From the NCBI GenBank assembly GCA_013239625.1, contig MU053216.1:1826943-1890942 (forward strand): a stretch of 64,000 nt of DNA, given 5' to 3'. Below the pieces are notes generated by a model. That model was not told the origin of the DNA. It did no database searches and saw only the letters and a program-made list of their open reading frames with translations. The number at the start of each line of letters is the position of its first letter. Within the stretch, counting starts at the first letter, position 1. This stretch comes from Lama guanicoe (lineage: Eukaryota). The position numbers and the translations under genes are program-made. This document shows positions 25,753 to 38,530 of the stretch, in pieces.

Positions 25753-25959
25753 GTTGGAAAAAAATTTAAAAAATCTTGCCGCCAAGGTCTTGTCCACTGG
25801 ACATTTGACACAGGTGGCCCTTGACAGTTAATAAAGCATTTTTCCAAACTAACACAATGTTGTAAATCAAACTTCAATAAAAAAATTTCCATCTGTCTCA
25901 TCTAGAACATTAAAAATTATTTTACATTATTTAAAAATACAAGTATTAAGCCATTTGCC

Positions 25960-26215
25960 AGGTATTTTCCATTTGCGACCACATGGCTGGACTTGAGAGT
26001 ATTATGCTGAGTGAAGTCAGTCAGATGGAAAAGGACAAAAGAACCCCTTCGGTTCAAAAGGGCCGCACGTAAGCTGGGAGGCGGCGTCACCGCGCGCAGC
26101 ACAGAGGCCACGTGGGCGCCCCCGGCCTGCCGCCTGCCGCCCCGGGCTCGCGTCCGCTGGGAGACGCAGGTCCCTCGTGCAGCACCACGGCAGACAACCG
26201 GTAACTCAAAAGTAG
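25960..26215 (+). mobile_element. L1MA-like fragment (ORF2 end plus strongly GC-shifted 3'UTR)
   Basis: ccatttgcgaccacatggctggacttgagagtattatgctgagtgaagtcagtcag is the L1 ORF2 end; the later ...caccacggcagacaaccggtaact fits the recalled L1MA 3'UTR. Confidence 0.65.
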
Positions 26216-26236
26216 GTCATCTGAATAATGATGAAC

Positions 26237-26363
26237 TTTTTTTTTTTGAAGGTGAAGGATTATTTATTTTACTATCATTTTTGTTAATGGAGGTACCGGG
26301 GATCGAACCCAGCGTCGCGTGCGTGCCACGCATGCGCTCTACCACCGAGCTCGGCCCTCCCCC
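26237..26363 (-). mobile_element. Vic-1-like SINE, CpG-rich copy
   Basis: taatggaggtaccggggatcgaacccagcgtcgcgtgcgtgccacgcatgcgctctaccaccgagct. Confidence 0.85.
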
Positions 26364-27675
26364 GTGACAAACCTCAGCCCGGCTTGTCTCTGCCCTCCAA
26401 ACAACCGCGAGCGCGCGGGACTCCGCTTTCTCTCCTGCACACTCCCGAGAAGTTGAAAAAGAAAAAACAAACACTAAGCAGGCAGCTTCCGGGGTTACAG
26501 AGATTTTCACACAATCACGGCAAAGAAGTTGAAATGGAGTATTACTTTCTGCTACAATGAGAGAGATTCTCACAGGAAGAAGAGCTAGCAGTAGTCACAG
26601 AGATTACTAGGGAGGGTGCAGGGATTTGCACAGTATACAACGCAAGATAAACGGATAATAGGCTTTTTTAGAAAGTTGTTTTTGAATCCTTTTTTTTGAT
26701 AAATGTATTTTTTTCTGTACTAGGTTCAACCTTCTGTGATAAATTGTGCCACTCTGTTACAGAAAAAAACAAACCGGCTAACAAATACAAAGGGCAGATC
26801 CAAAGTGCTGGCTGATTTGCTTATTCGTATTACAGAATGATCATGTAAAGTCTTCAGATCAGCATTTGCTGGGTAATTTCAGTGAATACTGGTCCAAACT
26901 AGTACCTTTCTCCCCAAAGTTTAAAAATCCATGCAATTTTCCTTCTGAATGAAAATATATAGGTTTCCCATACTTTGGCCATACAGAAAGTTTCCCTCTA
27001 AAGTTCACCAGAGTTGAATTAATTATTCCATTCCATTATTTTTATGGGTTTATCACTAAACATAGCAAAAGTTACGAGCCAGTTGCCCCAAAGGTGCTCA
27101 CTTACTGAATGCCTGTTTTGTTTCTATGTCTGTATAGGCAACTTGTAACTGACTGGCGATGATTCTGATATTTCAGCTATAAGGTCAAAGCAGGAAAGAA
27201 AAAGGGTTTGATTGATTGACTCTCATTCCCTGGCCGAGAAGTTCCTGCATCACTGCTGACCTGTTTCAGCTCTGTGTTCCGCTCACCGCATCTCTCTCTC
27301 CTTTATTAACTGTCACTTTCCCTACATAAACTGTCAGCGCCGTGGATGAGAACCATGTTACATATTATATGTTAGTCAAGGCATCCTCAGGGATTTCTCC
27401 AATTAACGTTTGCTTTATAGGTGCATTTTTGTACAAGATGGATAAAGTTATCAAATGACCTATCCCATTAGTTGTTACGTGTCTTACAAACCAATTTCTT
27501 TTCTTTTTCTAACTTGAAAATTGATTTATACAATAGATCTCTCCCAGAAATAAAATATCTTAAATGTAATGGTGTTTTCTAGTCAAAGAATCCTTTGGTG
27601 AACCCTTCTGTGGCCTGAATCATCAAGTCTTGGGTCACGTGTTTTGCCAACGAGGGTTTTCACTGGTCGGTTCTG

Positions 27676-27778
27676 CTTTTTTTAAACTGAAATACAGTCG
27701 GTTACAACGTGTCAGTTTCTGGTGCACAGCACAGTGTCCCAGTCACGCATACACATACATAGATTCGTTTTCATATTC
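27676..27778 (-). mobile_element. Short L1 3' tip
   Basis: actgaaatacagtcggttacaacgtgtcagtttctggtgcacagcacag...ttttcatattc, homologous to the copy at 6005-6100. Confidence 0.8.
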
Positions 27779-28944
27779 AGATGTGTAAGACATATGTTTG
27801 CTCTTCACTCCCCTATTAAACAGCACTGCACCCACTTTGGATTTTAGAGCGAGACCCTGTTGGATGAGTGGAGGTTGACAGGAGACCGAAACTGCCCCCA
27901 GTTCTTCTGTGATGTTTGACGCAGGATCCCAAAGTCTCCTGCGTTTGGCATCTGTGTGTTCCTTTGAAATCTAGTTAAGCTTCATGTTAATACAGTTTAG
28001 ACACACGAGTTAATGAACCCCATCATTACAAATTCTGAGCTGGAAACTGTATGTAAACAGACAGAAGCATCCCCGACCCTTTCTCCAGCGCCTTTAAATT
28101 TTGATGACCCGCAAAAGCATTCGGGGCTTCTCCTTTAAGTATCAACCTCTTATCATCTATTCTACTTTATTCACTCAGGGACTAATTACCAACTTTTTAT
28201 ATGAAGCAGCATTACGAGAAGCTCACAGTGGGGGTGCTCAGATTTTTCCCATCCTTATTGGAAAGTAAACCCTTAGGTCTTCTTGAATATATTACAGCTG
28301 GCTTTTTGGTCCTACGCAGCATTCAGGCCCTGCAGATGAACACGCTGATTTCTGCCTCCCTGGTACCTGCCACGTGGCGCAGCCGGTGACCCTCCCGTGC
28401 AGCACGCTCTTGTCAGAGATGGCGCCTTTGCTGAGCGCGGGGGTTGGGGGGCCGGGGGGCTCAAATGGCCTGAGAATATAATTATCTTTGTTAACTTCCC
28501 ACACCTAGGGAAAAAGAAATCTCTTGTGTTGTTCAAGGACACAGAAGTGGGAAAAAGAGGTACCACTTTGCACCCAGGGAACCTTTTTCCCTCGAGGCTT
28601 TTGGAGGGATGACAATGAATAACTGCTTTCCAGTTTGTCCTCAGAAGACCCTCCCCTTTGATATGCCAAAGAAGGAGACAAGAAATGAATTTTCTATAAG
28701 AATTCATTCAAAAATTATTCTTAAAGGGTTCTATTTAAATAACTTGTATGAATAATTTTTTAAGAACTTGGGAGAGTAACACGCTGGCTTCTTTCACATG
28801 AACGAAGCTCACGTAACGTGGCACGAGGGCTCGTGGCCAGCTGCAGTGGGCATTTTCAGTGCCCACGCCTGAGATTAGCTCCTACTCTGTTTCCAGCAAA
28901 ACTTAAAGTTTTAAATCAGTTATTATTAAGTCCTGTACATTAAC

Positions 28945-28975
<31 letters not shown>

Positions 28976-29199
28976 ATTGTCACACAAGACCTACGTTTAG
29001 CGATGGGAACATACAGTTCAGTGAGTTCACATGCAAACGGCCAGTAAGAAAATGCCACACTCTGGCAGGAAAATGTGGACAGAGCACACGTATTATTTAC
29101 ATACGTAGAAATAAGCCATTACAACAGGTTGGTGCTGTATAAATGGCGAAGCACTCTAACGTGCATTATTTATTTCCTACCTGACGTGCACCCAGGATC

Positions 29200-30130
29200 G
29201 GCATTCACTCGTTCATTCAGAGAGCCCCATGCCTGGTGTTGATGACACAGGGTGCCAGACACAGACCCAGGTCGGGGGGCTCCCGAACACGTTGGAGAGA
29301 CACACCGGGTGTCCTGGGTAGACGCAGGACGGGCACTTAACCCAGGGCCTGGGGGCAAGTGACACGGGAGAGTGAGCCGGGCAGCACAGGGGCAACAGGC
29401 CAGCGCAGCTGGGGTGCCCCACACAGAGCCTCAGAGACGCCGGAGCGGGGTCCTTGGAGCAAAGCAGCTTACCCTTCACGGAGGACGAGGCGGGGGTGGG
29501 GGCAAGGTAAGGACAGACCCTAAGGTTTCAGACACTGCACGTCGGAGAGAGTCTGGATTTCGTTCTGAAAGCAGCACAGAAGCATCGCAAGATTTTCAGA
29601 AGGAAGGATACGATCGGCTCTCTGATGGAGAAAGTGTCGGAGGAGGGGAGCGGGTGGGCACGTGAGGGAGGGTCAGGGTGGAGCAGACTCATGAAGGGAG
29701 GACTGTGCTGGCCCCGGGGGTGGGGATGGACTTGAAAGGCATCGAGATGGTTGGCTCAGCAGCTGTCTCCCCGGGATGATGAAGTGAGAGCAGGAGAGAT
29801 CCCGGGTGCTGGGTGGCGTCTGGGTGTCCGTCAGTGGGGGGAGGTGGTGGCCACCCCTCCGGCAAGAGGAGGAAAAGCAGATTCGAGGGGCAACACTGGA
29901 CAAGTCGAGGCACCGTGTTCAGTTCAAGAAGCACTGGGATGTTCACTAGGGACGCAGAGGAGACGGCTGGAGACACAGGTCCCGGCATCAGCAGAGGCTG
30001 GGCAGGTGTCCCGGTCTGGGACTCGTCAGGGGGTGGGTGATGGCTGAAGCCCCGGAGGCGGTGGGACTGTGCCGACAGGAGAGGAGGGCCTGGGGCTGGG
30101 ATTCGGGGAAGACTGACTTGCAAACGAGTC
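29200..30130 (-). mobile_element. Degraded L2
   Basis: Starts cattcactcgttcattca (reverse of the L2 terminus) and continues as purine-rich L2-like sequence (gagtctggatttcgttctgaaagca). Confidence 0.55.
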
Positions 30131-30295
30131 TGTCCTGAGAAGGTATAACAGGTGTTACGCAATGAAAACGCAGAGACATTAGATGGTTAAAAAGATCTCG
30201 AGGTTCAGGACAGACCCAGAGACTGCAGGAGGCGCTAACATCTACCAAGCGCGAGTCGGCGCGCAAAGAACTGTCCTTGCCTGTCTCAGCAACAC

Positions 30296-30575
30296 TGTGA
30301 CACAGACGCAGGAAGCAATCGTACGGTTACCGGGAGGAGAGTGGGGGGGAGTAGGGGGGAAGGGGCAAAGTGAGGGGTCAAGATTCGCAGGTACTCACTA
30401 CTGTGCACAAAGTAAGCAAGTTCCTGCTGCACAGCCCAGGGAACTGTGCTCAGCACCTTGCAGTGGCCCATCTGAATCAGACAGGCATGTGTGTATGTGT
30501 GTGTGTGTGCCTGAGTCGCCGTGCTGTGCACCTGAGGCCAGCGCTAAAGCAACTGCGCTTCCATTCAAGAAAAAC
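30296..30575 (+). mobile_element. L1 3' end, GC-shifted
   Basis: Aligns directly with the copies at 1025-1215 and 57255-57530. Confidence 0.85.
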
Positions 30576-31699
30576 ACCCCCCAAACCCCATGCACAGTAC
30601 AGTAAGATGATTCACGTAAATGTGAATAATACGAATTAACTGTCAAACACGTACAACCACCGTATGCTCACAAGGCCCTCTTTTTCCTATGATTTTCCTG
30701 CTAAAACTTGGAGACTTCGCTTGCTTGCGGTGCACCTCTGGAAGGTGACCTTCCCCAGCAGCGACCTGGTCACTTTCCTGGCCGTGAGATCTCACGGACA
30801 AAACAGCCTCTGATGTCTTCCAGTTGCCGGGAGGCAGCGTGCACCCTTGCACGCTTACCCATTCTCAGTCACAAAGAACAGTCAAGGAAACAAACCCGGA
30901 GTTTTAAGTTTCAGTGAAAACCTTTCCACCCTGTTTTACTCATTTTCAAGCCCAATTTCCCCAACCAGACAAGGACTTGGCACAAAACGCTGTGAACGCG
31001 GCGCCTCGTGTGGTGGCCGCAAAGGCCAGGCTCGGGAGACATCCTCGCAGAGAACGTCACCTGCCCTTTCCTCAGTTTCACGTCCCTGTCAGGACACTCT
31101 CAAGAGGCAGTGCCCCACCCCCACCCCCAGGGGAAAAGAACATTCCTCGCCGATCAAATATTGTGATTTCTCGTTGCGGTTCCTCCTCTAACTGTGATCA
31201 CGAGGGTGTCACTATTGGGGGCTTCAAGTTTCTTCGTCTTCAAGGCTTGGACTTGAAGATCTCTGGCCACCCCCGGCCCCGACAGCCCACGACTCTGGGA
31301 TTGTGAACCCAAGTTTTGAAAGGAAGGCACTGGACTCGGGTCAGCACACAGCGGGTCCCGGCCTCGCTCTGCGTCCTCCCCGTGAGCCTGGCACCTGTGT
31401 TCTCACTCCACTGTCTGGGTTCGACTTGGATTCTCCAGGATGGGTTTTTGGCCTAAATTACAAACTGTTTCAAACGCCATTGAGTTTGAACTCCATTACA
31501 TGTTGTGCTTTTCTAGGGAAACAGATTCAAAAAGGACTCCTGGCCGGAGCTTTGACGGCTGGGCCAAGCCCGCCTGCTCTTCTCAACGGTCGGCGTTTTC
31601 TAGGTGCAGAGCGCGCGCTTTGGACACTCCCCGCCCTCCCCGGTGCCTCGAGGCCCCAGGCCGCAGGGTGCGGCTTTACCACCTTCTGTAGGCACAGCT

Positions 31700-32190
31700 G
31701 CTGCCGGACGTCTCTACCCGAATGGCCGGAGGCATCTCAAACTCAAGTGTGCAGCCCGGAGCTTGGCCCCTCCAGTCCTCTGAGCCTGCCCTTCCCTGGC
31801 TCTCCGATACCAGTCATTACCCCAGTATCCCCCAGAAGCCTCCCCAAACCCATCTCTGTGGCTTGGACAGCACAGTCTGGGTGCCCATCACAGGGGGCGT
31901 TGGGTGTCCCATGGTTACCTGTCGATTTGGAGGAAGACATGTCTCTACCTGGTCAGTGGTCACCCTCCCCAGGCCTAGGCACAAGGAGACCCACTTGGCA
32001 CTTGCTGAAAGAAAGAATATATTTTCACGTCAATTCACACATCAGTCCTCCCCTTGTGTCTGGAAGATCTTGCAAACGTGTCCAATCACATCTTCCTGAT
32101 CCCGCAGTCACTGTGCCCTGCTTGCCCCGCTGGACGGCGTTCTCTTGGACGGCAAGGCACCCAGCACACGCACTGTTAAACCTGCTGATC
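31700..32190 (+). mobile_element. Degraded L2 fragment
   Basis: ggcatctcaaactcaagtgtgcagcccggagct and gatcttgcaaacgtgtccaatcacatc resemble recalled L2 motifs. Confidence 0.5.
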
Positions 32191-34350
32191 TGAATTAACC
32201 TCCCGCAATACAAGCCATGTGCAAATTATTCCCTAAGCATATGCTGAACACCTTCCACGAGCCAACTGTCCCAGCGACCAGACCCTAACCAGTTTCAGAC
32301 TTCCTCACTTCCTTAAACTCATGACCAACTTCAGATCTAACCTTAGAACATTTCTTATCATTTATCTCCAGAAAAAGTATGTTTTGACTCAAAATTGGAG
32401 AAACCGCGTTCAACGAACAGGAGACGGAAGAACATTTAGTTCTGTATATACGTTTGCAATTTGTTCTACAGAATTCTTAGGGATTAAACTGAGGAAGGCA
32501 GGCTATGAGCTAAAGGAGTTTAAGATCAAGAATTGAAACAGGTCATATGTTGTATCAACGTCCACATAGCAGATGATACTGAAAACCACGTACAAATGCA
32601 AGGAGAACGAGAGGCAAAAGGAAAAGGTCTTTGGCTGGGAATCAACCGAGTATTTTGAGCCAGGAAACAGAATTTAAAGGGGCACACACGGGCCGAGGCA
32701 ACTTCCTGATTTCCCCCTAAATTTCAGATAAAGCTGTGTGTCAAAGAGACTTATTACTCAGGGCAGACACATACAATGTCAAGTAAGCTAGGTGACATTT
32801 CAAGCGCACACGAGACTCAGCATCGCAGCTGCCCTGGCCGGCCGGCCCTGGGAACCCGAGTCCTTATCCGGGTACAAAGGCCATCTGTTCCCGCAGAACG
32901 TGAATCGTCCACACTCATAAAACGCCGTCTTCCGCAGAAAAGCGCCTCATTCCATTCTGGTAGTCACATCCTAAAACAGTTTTGAACCCTAACCTGGCAT
33001 CTGATTTCCATTCAGGAACTTCTGCGGTTTTTGCAAAGTTGTCCTATTCTCTTAGAATAAGATACGGGGTTCAGTTTATTCAGGTGTTAAGTCAAGAGCA
33101 TGAATAAACCAACGTTATCATATGAAAGAGAATTAAACAGGCAGATCCAAGTGGGGATATATTAAGCCAAATTTAAGCTCCAGTTGTTGAATTTAGCCGG
33201 GGCTAGACGTCTGGTTTGCCTCGGGATAAATTCAGCTTTCCAGCTAATCGAACGAGGAACACTGCCTCAGGTCTGATGAAATTTACAAGAGCGTGCTGTC
33301 CAACCGTTCTTGTTAAAAATACTCGCTTCAAGGCATTCTTAGCATCTTTGGGATGAAGACCGTATTTGCATTTAATTATTTGATTTCAAACTTTTATGAC
33401 TGTGGATCAAATATCAGCTTAGCCAATTAAAATATTATTTTGTGGGAGAGCAGCAAAGAGCCCAGATCAGTCCGACTTCCTCGGCCCTGGTTGTGCTCTG
33501 CGACCTTCTTACTGGCTCCTCGAAAGACCCTTTCTAAGAGGGGAGAGGAAACAGTAACATTTGAGACAAATGCACGTGCAGCAAACAAGGCGGTGTGTTG
33601 GCAGCGCACAGCTGGCTGGAAGCGCCTCCCCGCAGCACGGCGGCGGCCTGGGAGACCGAGGGTGTGGTCGCCTAGTTATTTCTACCCGCACAATCAATAC
33701 TCCTTCATAATTCAGCGCGTGAAAGAAATCCTGTTCTTTAGAAGGCGCGTGTTAGTCCACTTGCGGGGCTGGGGGTGGCTTTAGTCCCCAAACAAGGCTG
33801 GTTCCAGCCCGTGTTCCGTCCTCCAGGTCTGGGAGGCAGCGAGGGACGGGAAAGGGCCGAGGATGAGCCGGCCGGAGGGCGCCATAGGGGAAAGAAGCTT
33901 GCTTCAAACTGAAGAGCAGTAGGACACTCTGTAAAATCTCTTCCAAGTGGAATTGTTGAAACAAGGCATTCGACAAGCTCCCTCAAACAACCGGCTTCTT
34001 CTGTGTAACTTGCCTGGCTCAGACCTGAGAGCCCAGGGCTGACGGGCGGGAGCCCCCGGGAATCTTGCTGCACTGAGTCCTCCGGCACCAAGGTCACGAG
34101 ACGGTAGGTCGGTCTGGGGCCAGGAAGACGCAGGTGTGCTGCAGACCCGGATGTGGCCCCCGGGGACATCCCCGCCGTGACTTAGCTTCCGTACGTCCCG
34201 TGGCGGCTGCGATTAGGTGTGAGTGGACCACACTCCTGGGGAACCGCTGCCGCCCGGGGTCCCAGTACTCACCCTACTCATTTCAGCAGAAGCTCGAACC
34301 CAAGACGTGACTATAACAGACTCGTCATTTGAAAGAATGACGATTATTCT

Positions 34351-34448
34351 TAATCGAAATATTGATTATTTTAAGAGATAATATTTTAGATATTTAAGAA
34401 ATAAGAGATATTTAAGAAATAATCGAAAATATTGATTATTTTAAGAGA
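34351..34448. repeat. Nested local duplications
   Basis: taatcgaaa(a)tattgattattttaagaga twice (34351-34378, 34420-34448); agatatttaagaaataa twice (34388-34404, 34406-34422). Confidence 0.9.
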
Positions 34449-36028
34449 ATGAAGCACATTACAGTTAAGTCAATACAAGGATGTGTAACAAGGTTGGGAA
34501 TTTTGCCTCCTAAAAAGCAAGAAAGAGAGACCACGGGAAAACCCCCGCGGTCGGTCGTTGCTCACTAATTAAGACTCAGCAACTCGAACTGTGCGAATTC
34601 GGACACTGCGTCTGGGTTTTGTTTGTGACAGGAAGTTTAAAGAATGCCTTTCTGTGTCATATGCTGAATCTCCAGCTCATCAGAAATACATTCTATCTGA
34701 AACCAGCAGCAGAATCAGACATTCAAGGAATTAAAAGTACTATTAATGTGCCATCTATTTTAAAAATCCCTTTTTTAAACGTTAAAGGCCTTTTTTTAAG
34801 GTATTCTATGAAATGTAGGCTTATTGTGTTTTACAATTTCTGAGAATAAAGTATTTGTTTAGTTCCTTGAACTCATATCCAATTCTTTCCATCTATTTTT
34901 TCTCACTTCCCTCAACACTGCTGTCAGGTGTGGTTCTGGCCGTCTGAGAAAGAGACATTGCATGGACGACAGGATCGGGAGGAAAACCCTTCAGAGCAGG
35001 AATTCTTGAACGCTGCATCTGATGCTCCCAATCGCCTTTTAACTGCACCCCCCTGTGCCAACACTATTGCTTCAGAGAAGGCATTGGGTTGAGAGCACTA
35101 AAAACTGCACTTCTTTAATTACATGGGGATTCAGCTTTCTGTTGCCAAGTCGAATTGCTCTGAGTTCGGCAGGTCTGTGGGACTTTGCACGTTCTGCTTC
35201 CACTTGTACTGAAAAGTAACACTGCAGTCCGCAAAGCGCTTGCAACTTCATGCCCACGTGAGAACCGGCATTTGTACGCTCTGTTCTAAATATCCAAGAT
35301 TGTTCTAGTTTGTAGTTAAAACTACTCTTTAAGAGCTAGATATGCTTGTTACTTATTACCTCATTTTCCTCAGCTTATTAAAATTCTGCTCAGTAAGACC
35401 AGAGGTTGAATGGGGGGAAAACTCAAGCAGCTGCACAATACTTACTATGAAGCCTTTGACTGTAAAGAGAAAAGAGAGGGCTTTGGGGTGAGAACCAAGG
35501 GAGAGGGAACCTGATCACCTAACAAGGTCATTAAAGCCAAACACTATCAATTTTTTGGACATAAATTAATAATTCATCCATCTGCTTAGGGACATGTTCT
35601 TGTACGTGGAAGACAGGAAAATCCATCACAAATCACTCTGTGTTTGCTTACTCATGTGGCAGAGAAAGTAACAGGAAAGATTAGTCTGAGAACTTTTAAG
35701 AGCTTGAAACATTTTGCAAAGGAAGCTGTCTACCCCTCCCTCTCTTTACTGTGATTGTGGATTTTGCTAAAACAGTGTTCATCCTGATATTACAATGTCC
35801 TACGTTTGATCATATTTGCTTCGTAAAATATCGTGCTCAATTCTAAGCCCGCACAGGAAGGGAGTGCCGAGTGGGCGGTCCTCACATCCTGCCACTCCTG
35901 GCATCTGGAAGGCGGGAGTCGGGAGATGCCGACACACCTGGGGTTCTACTGTCACCAGCTGTCACGCCTGATTATTTAGGGGAATTTCTTATCCTGGCAT
36001 TTCTACAGCTGGGACAATTGAAAAGAGG

Positions 36029-36171
36029 TTTTTTGATTTTTTAATTTTTGTGGGGGGAGGAGAGCTAGGTTGGTCGGTTGGTTTGTTTGTTTAGTGGAGG
36101 AGGGGCTGGGGACTGAACCCAGGACCCCGTGCCTGCTGAGCACGCGCTCTTCCACTGAGCTACACCCCCCC
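36029..36171 (-). mobile_element. Vic-1-like SINE, next to a MIR fragment (~36180-36330)
   Basis: ctggggactgaacccaggaccccgtgcctgctgagcacgcgctcttccactgagctacacccc. Confidence 0.85.
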
Positions 36172-38228
36172 GACTAAGAGATGGTTTTAAATCTGTGAAC
36201 CCTGCACTGGCCAGCTGACCTTGGACACTGCTTAGCTTCCTCATCTTCTAAATGTATTTTACCAGTAAGTACTGCGAGGCAGGACAATGCGGGGCTGTGA
36301 GGCACCTTCAGCCATTGCATCCACAGGGCGGACTCTGCTGCCCGGGCAAGCTTCTCCGCCTCCAGTCCACCCAGTGTGCTTCTCAGGGAAGGCGCAGAGA
36401 AGGCTCTCCCTGAGCCCGAGGAGCCGGCCAGCTCATGCAGAGAGCAGACCTCATGGGAGTCAGGGACGGGGTCCTGATGCTCTGACCCCGTGCACGTTCC
36501 CGCGGTCACAAGCCCTCGGTAGGGACTGCCCTGTCTTGTGTGTATTTCCAACCTTCAGTACCCAGGGCTTAAGACAAAACACCAAAGCTTTTCTCACGCG
36601 CCTCGGGGTGGCTCGTGACTGTGCCCACATCGAGCTCAAGGGCAGCCCCGGACCACTCAGCGGCTCCGAGCTGCCGACGGAACGAACAAGGGCGCTCAGC
36701 CTGTGAAGGAGGGGACTTAACTGCTAAGGCTTGATTTTTGGATAATCTCCTGACTCAGTGTTGTCCTTCAGCCTTACTAACTGAGAAAATCGAGGATAAT
36801 TTTTAAATTCCAGCACAGTGAAATCAGACCACAAGAAGCACACTGGGAGTTGATCCGGCCGCGACCACGGGCAGCGAAGACTCAGGAACCCATGCGGTTC
36901 CTCCAGGAGCTGCGACGGGGCGACTCTTTGTGAAGAAACAAGGAAGCTTCCATTTCCCACATTTCAAAGAAACACTTCTTCAAAGCATTAAACACATTCT
37001 CAAAAAAAAAAAAAAAGATTCCTGAGACGCTTGTCTGTCTCCCAGTCTATCCTATAACAGTGAAATAAATGAAGACTTTATCTTCTGAGCTTCAAACTCT
37101 GTGAATATGACAAACGTGTCTAGAAATGTTTCTTTAAAAAAGGCATAAATCTTAGATTGCATGAGGTGAACAGAGCAACTGTTTATCTTCACTAACGCGA
37201 TTTCAGAGCAAGCAAAGCCCTCACCACCTGATTGTCTCATCAGGAACAGCTCGTACTTTTCTGATTAGAGCAGAAGTCATGGTGGGAAGGAAAGCAGTTT
37301 GATGTTCGGAAAAACACATACTATCTTCTCACAGCTGCCCGCGTGCTCTCAGCTCGTGGGGCACGGTGCTTCTACAGTTACTGGGATGACCTATTAGCTA
37401 GCAGTATCTGCAAGGAGCGCCGTTAGGTGTCCGTCCGCCTCAGCCCCGTCTCACTCAAGGCCTCAGGCAAACCAGTGGATCAGCATGATTATCGCCCCAC
37501 TCTGGTGCTGGTTGGTGGCAGAGCTGGGAACTGGGTTAGAGTCCAGGTCCACGGGATTCTGTGCCTCTAGTTACGTCCTGCACTTTGTTCCTGGGAGATG
37601 AAGTCTTTGATGGGAGCGGGGGGAAGCCCCTCCACCCTCTTGCAGCACTGGTGAATCTTGGTCCCAGACTTGCAACATCATATTCCGCAGCCCAGTCCAT
37701 AAGAGGCTCCCCCGAGAGACTGGCAAGTGCAGAACTGATGGGTCAGTAAAATGAAGCGTCTTTTTAAACTTCTGAAAGTGCTTCCGCCTGCTCAGGCTGA
37801 TGCCAGGAGCCTGGAGATGTGAGCAAGAGAGTCGACATGACCCGCGCTGATTTATCCTGCTCCAGGGTGTCCTGCCGGACCCCACGCCCTCTGTGTGCGG
37901 GCTCCGGCCGCCAGTGCTGCACGGGATGCTCCTTGGTACCAGGGACGTTCTCCCGGGCGGCTCGGGGGCAGTCCCGGTGTGTTTGGTATTAGCTTCAGTG
38001 TGCCACGGACGGATTTCTTTTTAACTTTTCAAGACAGAGGATGTGGAAAGAGCACTCTGGCTGCCTGACGACAGAATTATTAAACAGAGCATGGGCGTGA
38101 CATTGAGGGAAGCAACAGCTTAGCTCACAGAGTTTCTGCAATGATTCCGGGTGGAAAACCCTCCGAACAGTATTCTGTTGGACTCAGGCCTCCAACTGCG
38201 GCCGGGATGACTGCCTCCCGAGCAGGTT

Positions 38229-38256
<28 letters not shown>
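38229..38256. repeat. (CA)n microsatellite
   Basis: Direct inspection. Confidence 0.95.
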
Positions 38257-38262
<6 letters not shown>

Positions 38263-38411
38263 CGTGTGCTGCATGCGAGTGTCACGCAAAACATCCACCA
38301 GGAAAACAGCAGAAGACTCAATGAGCCCGAGAGCATTACGAGAGGTCAGCATTAAGTGAATTATGTGTCCATGTTTAACTGTTGGCATTTGCGAGTAAAA
38401 AGACTAACCCT

Positions 38412-38530
38412 GGGGTGGGGGTACAGCCCAGTGACAGAGCATGTGTTTAGCATGCCCGAGATCCCAGGTGCAACTCCTAGTACCTCTATAAAGTAAATAA
38501 AATAAATAAAAATTTAAAAACAAAACAAAA
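38412..38530 (+). mobile_element. Vic-1-like SINE with TSD
   Basis: ggggtacagcccagtgacagagcatgtgtttagcatg...tagtacctc; flanks aaaagactaacc / aaaaggctaacc. Confidence 0.85.

Noticed and set aside
31303..32193. Longest ORF in the window (296 aa, plus strand)
   Set aside because: GTG start, overlaps L2-like sequence, P/S-rich with no recognisable homology.
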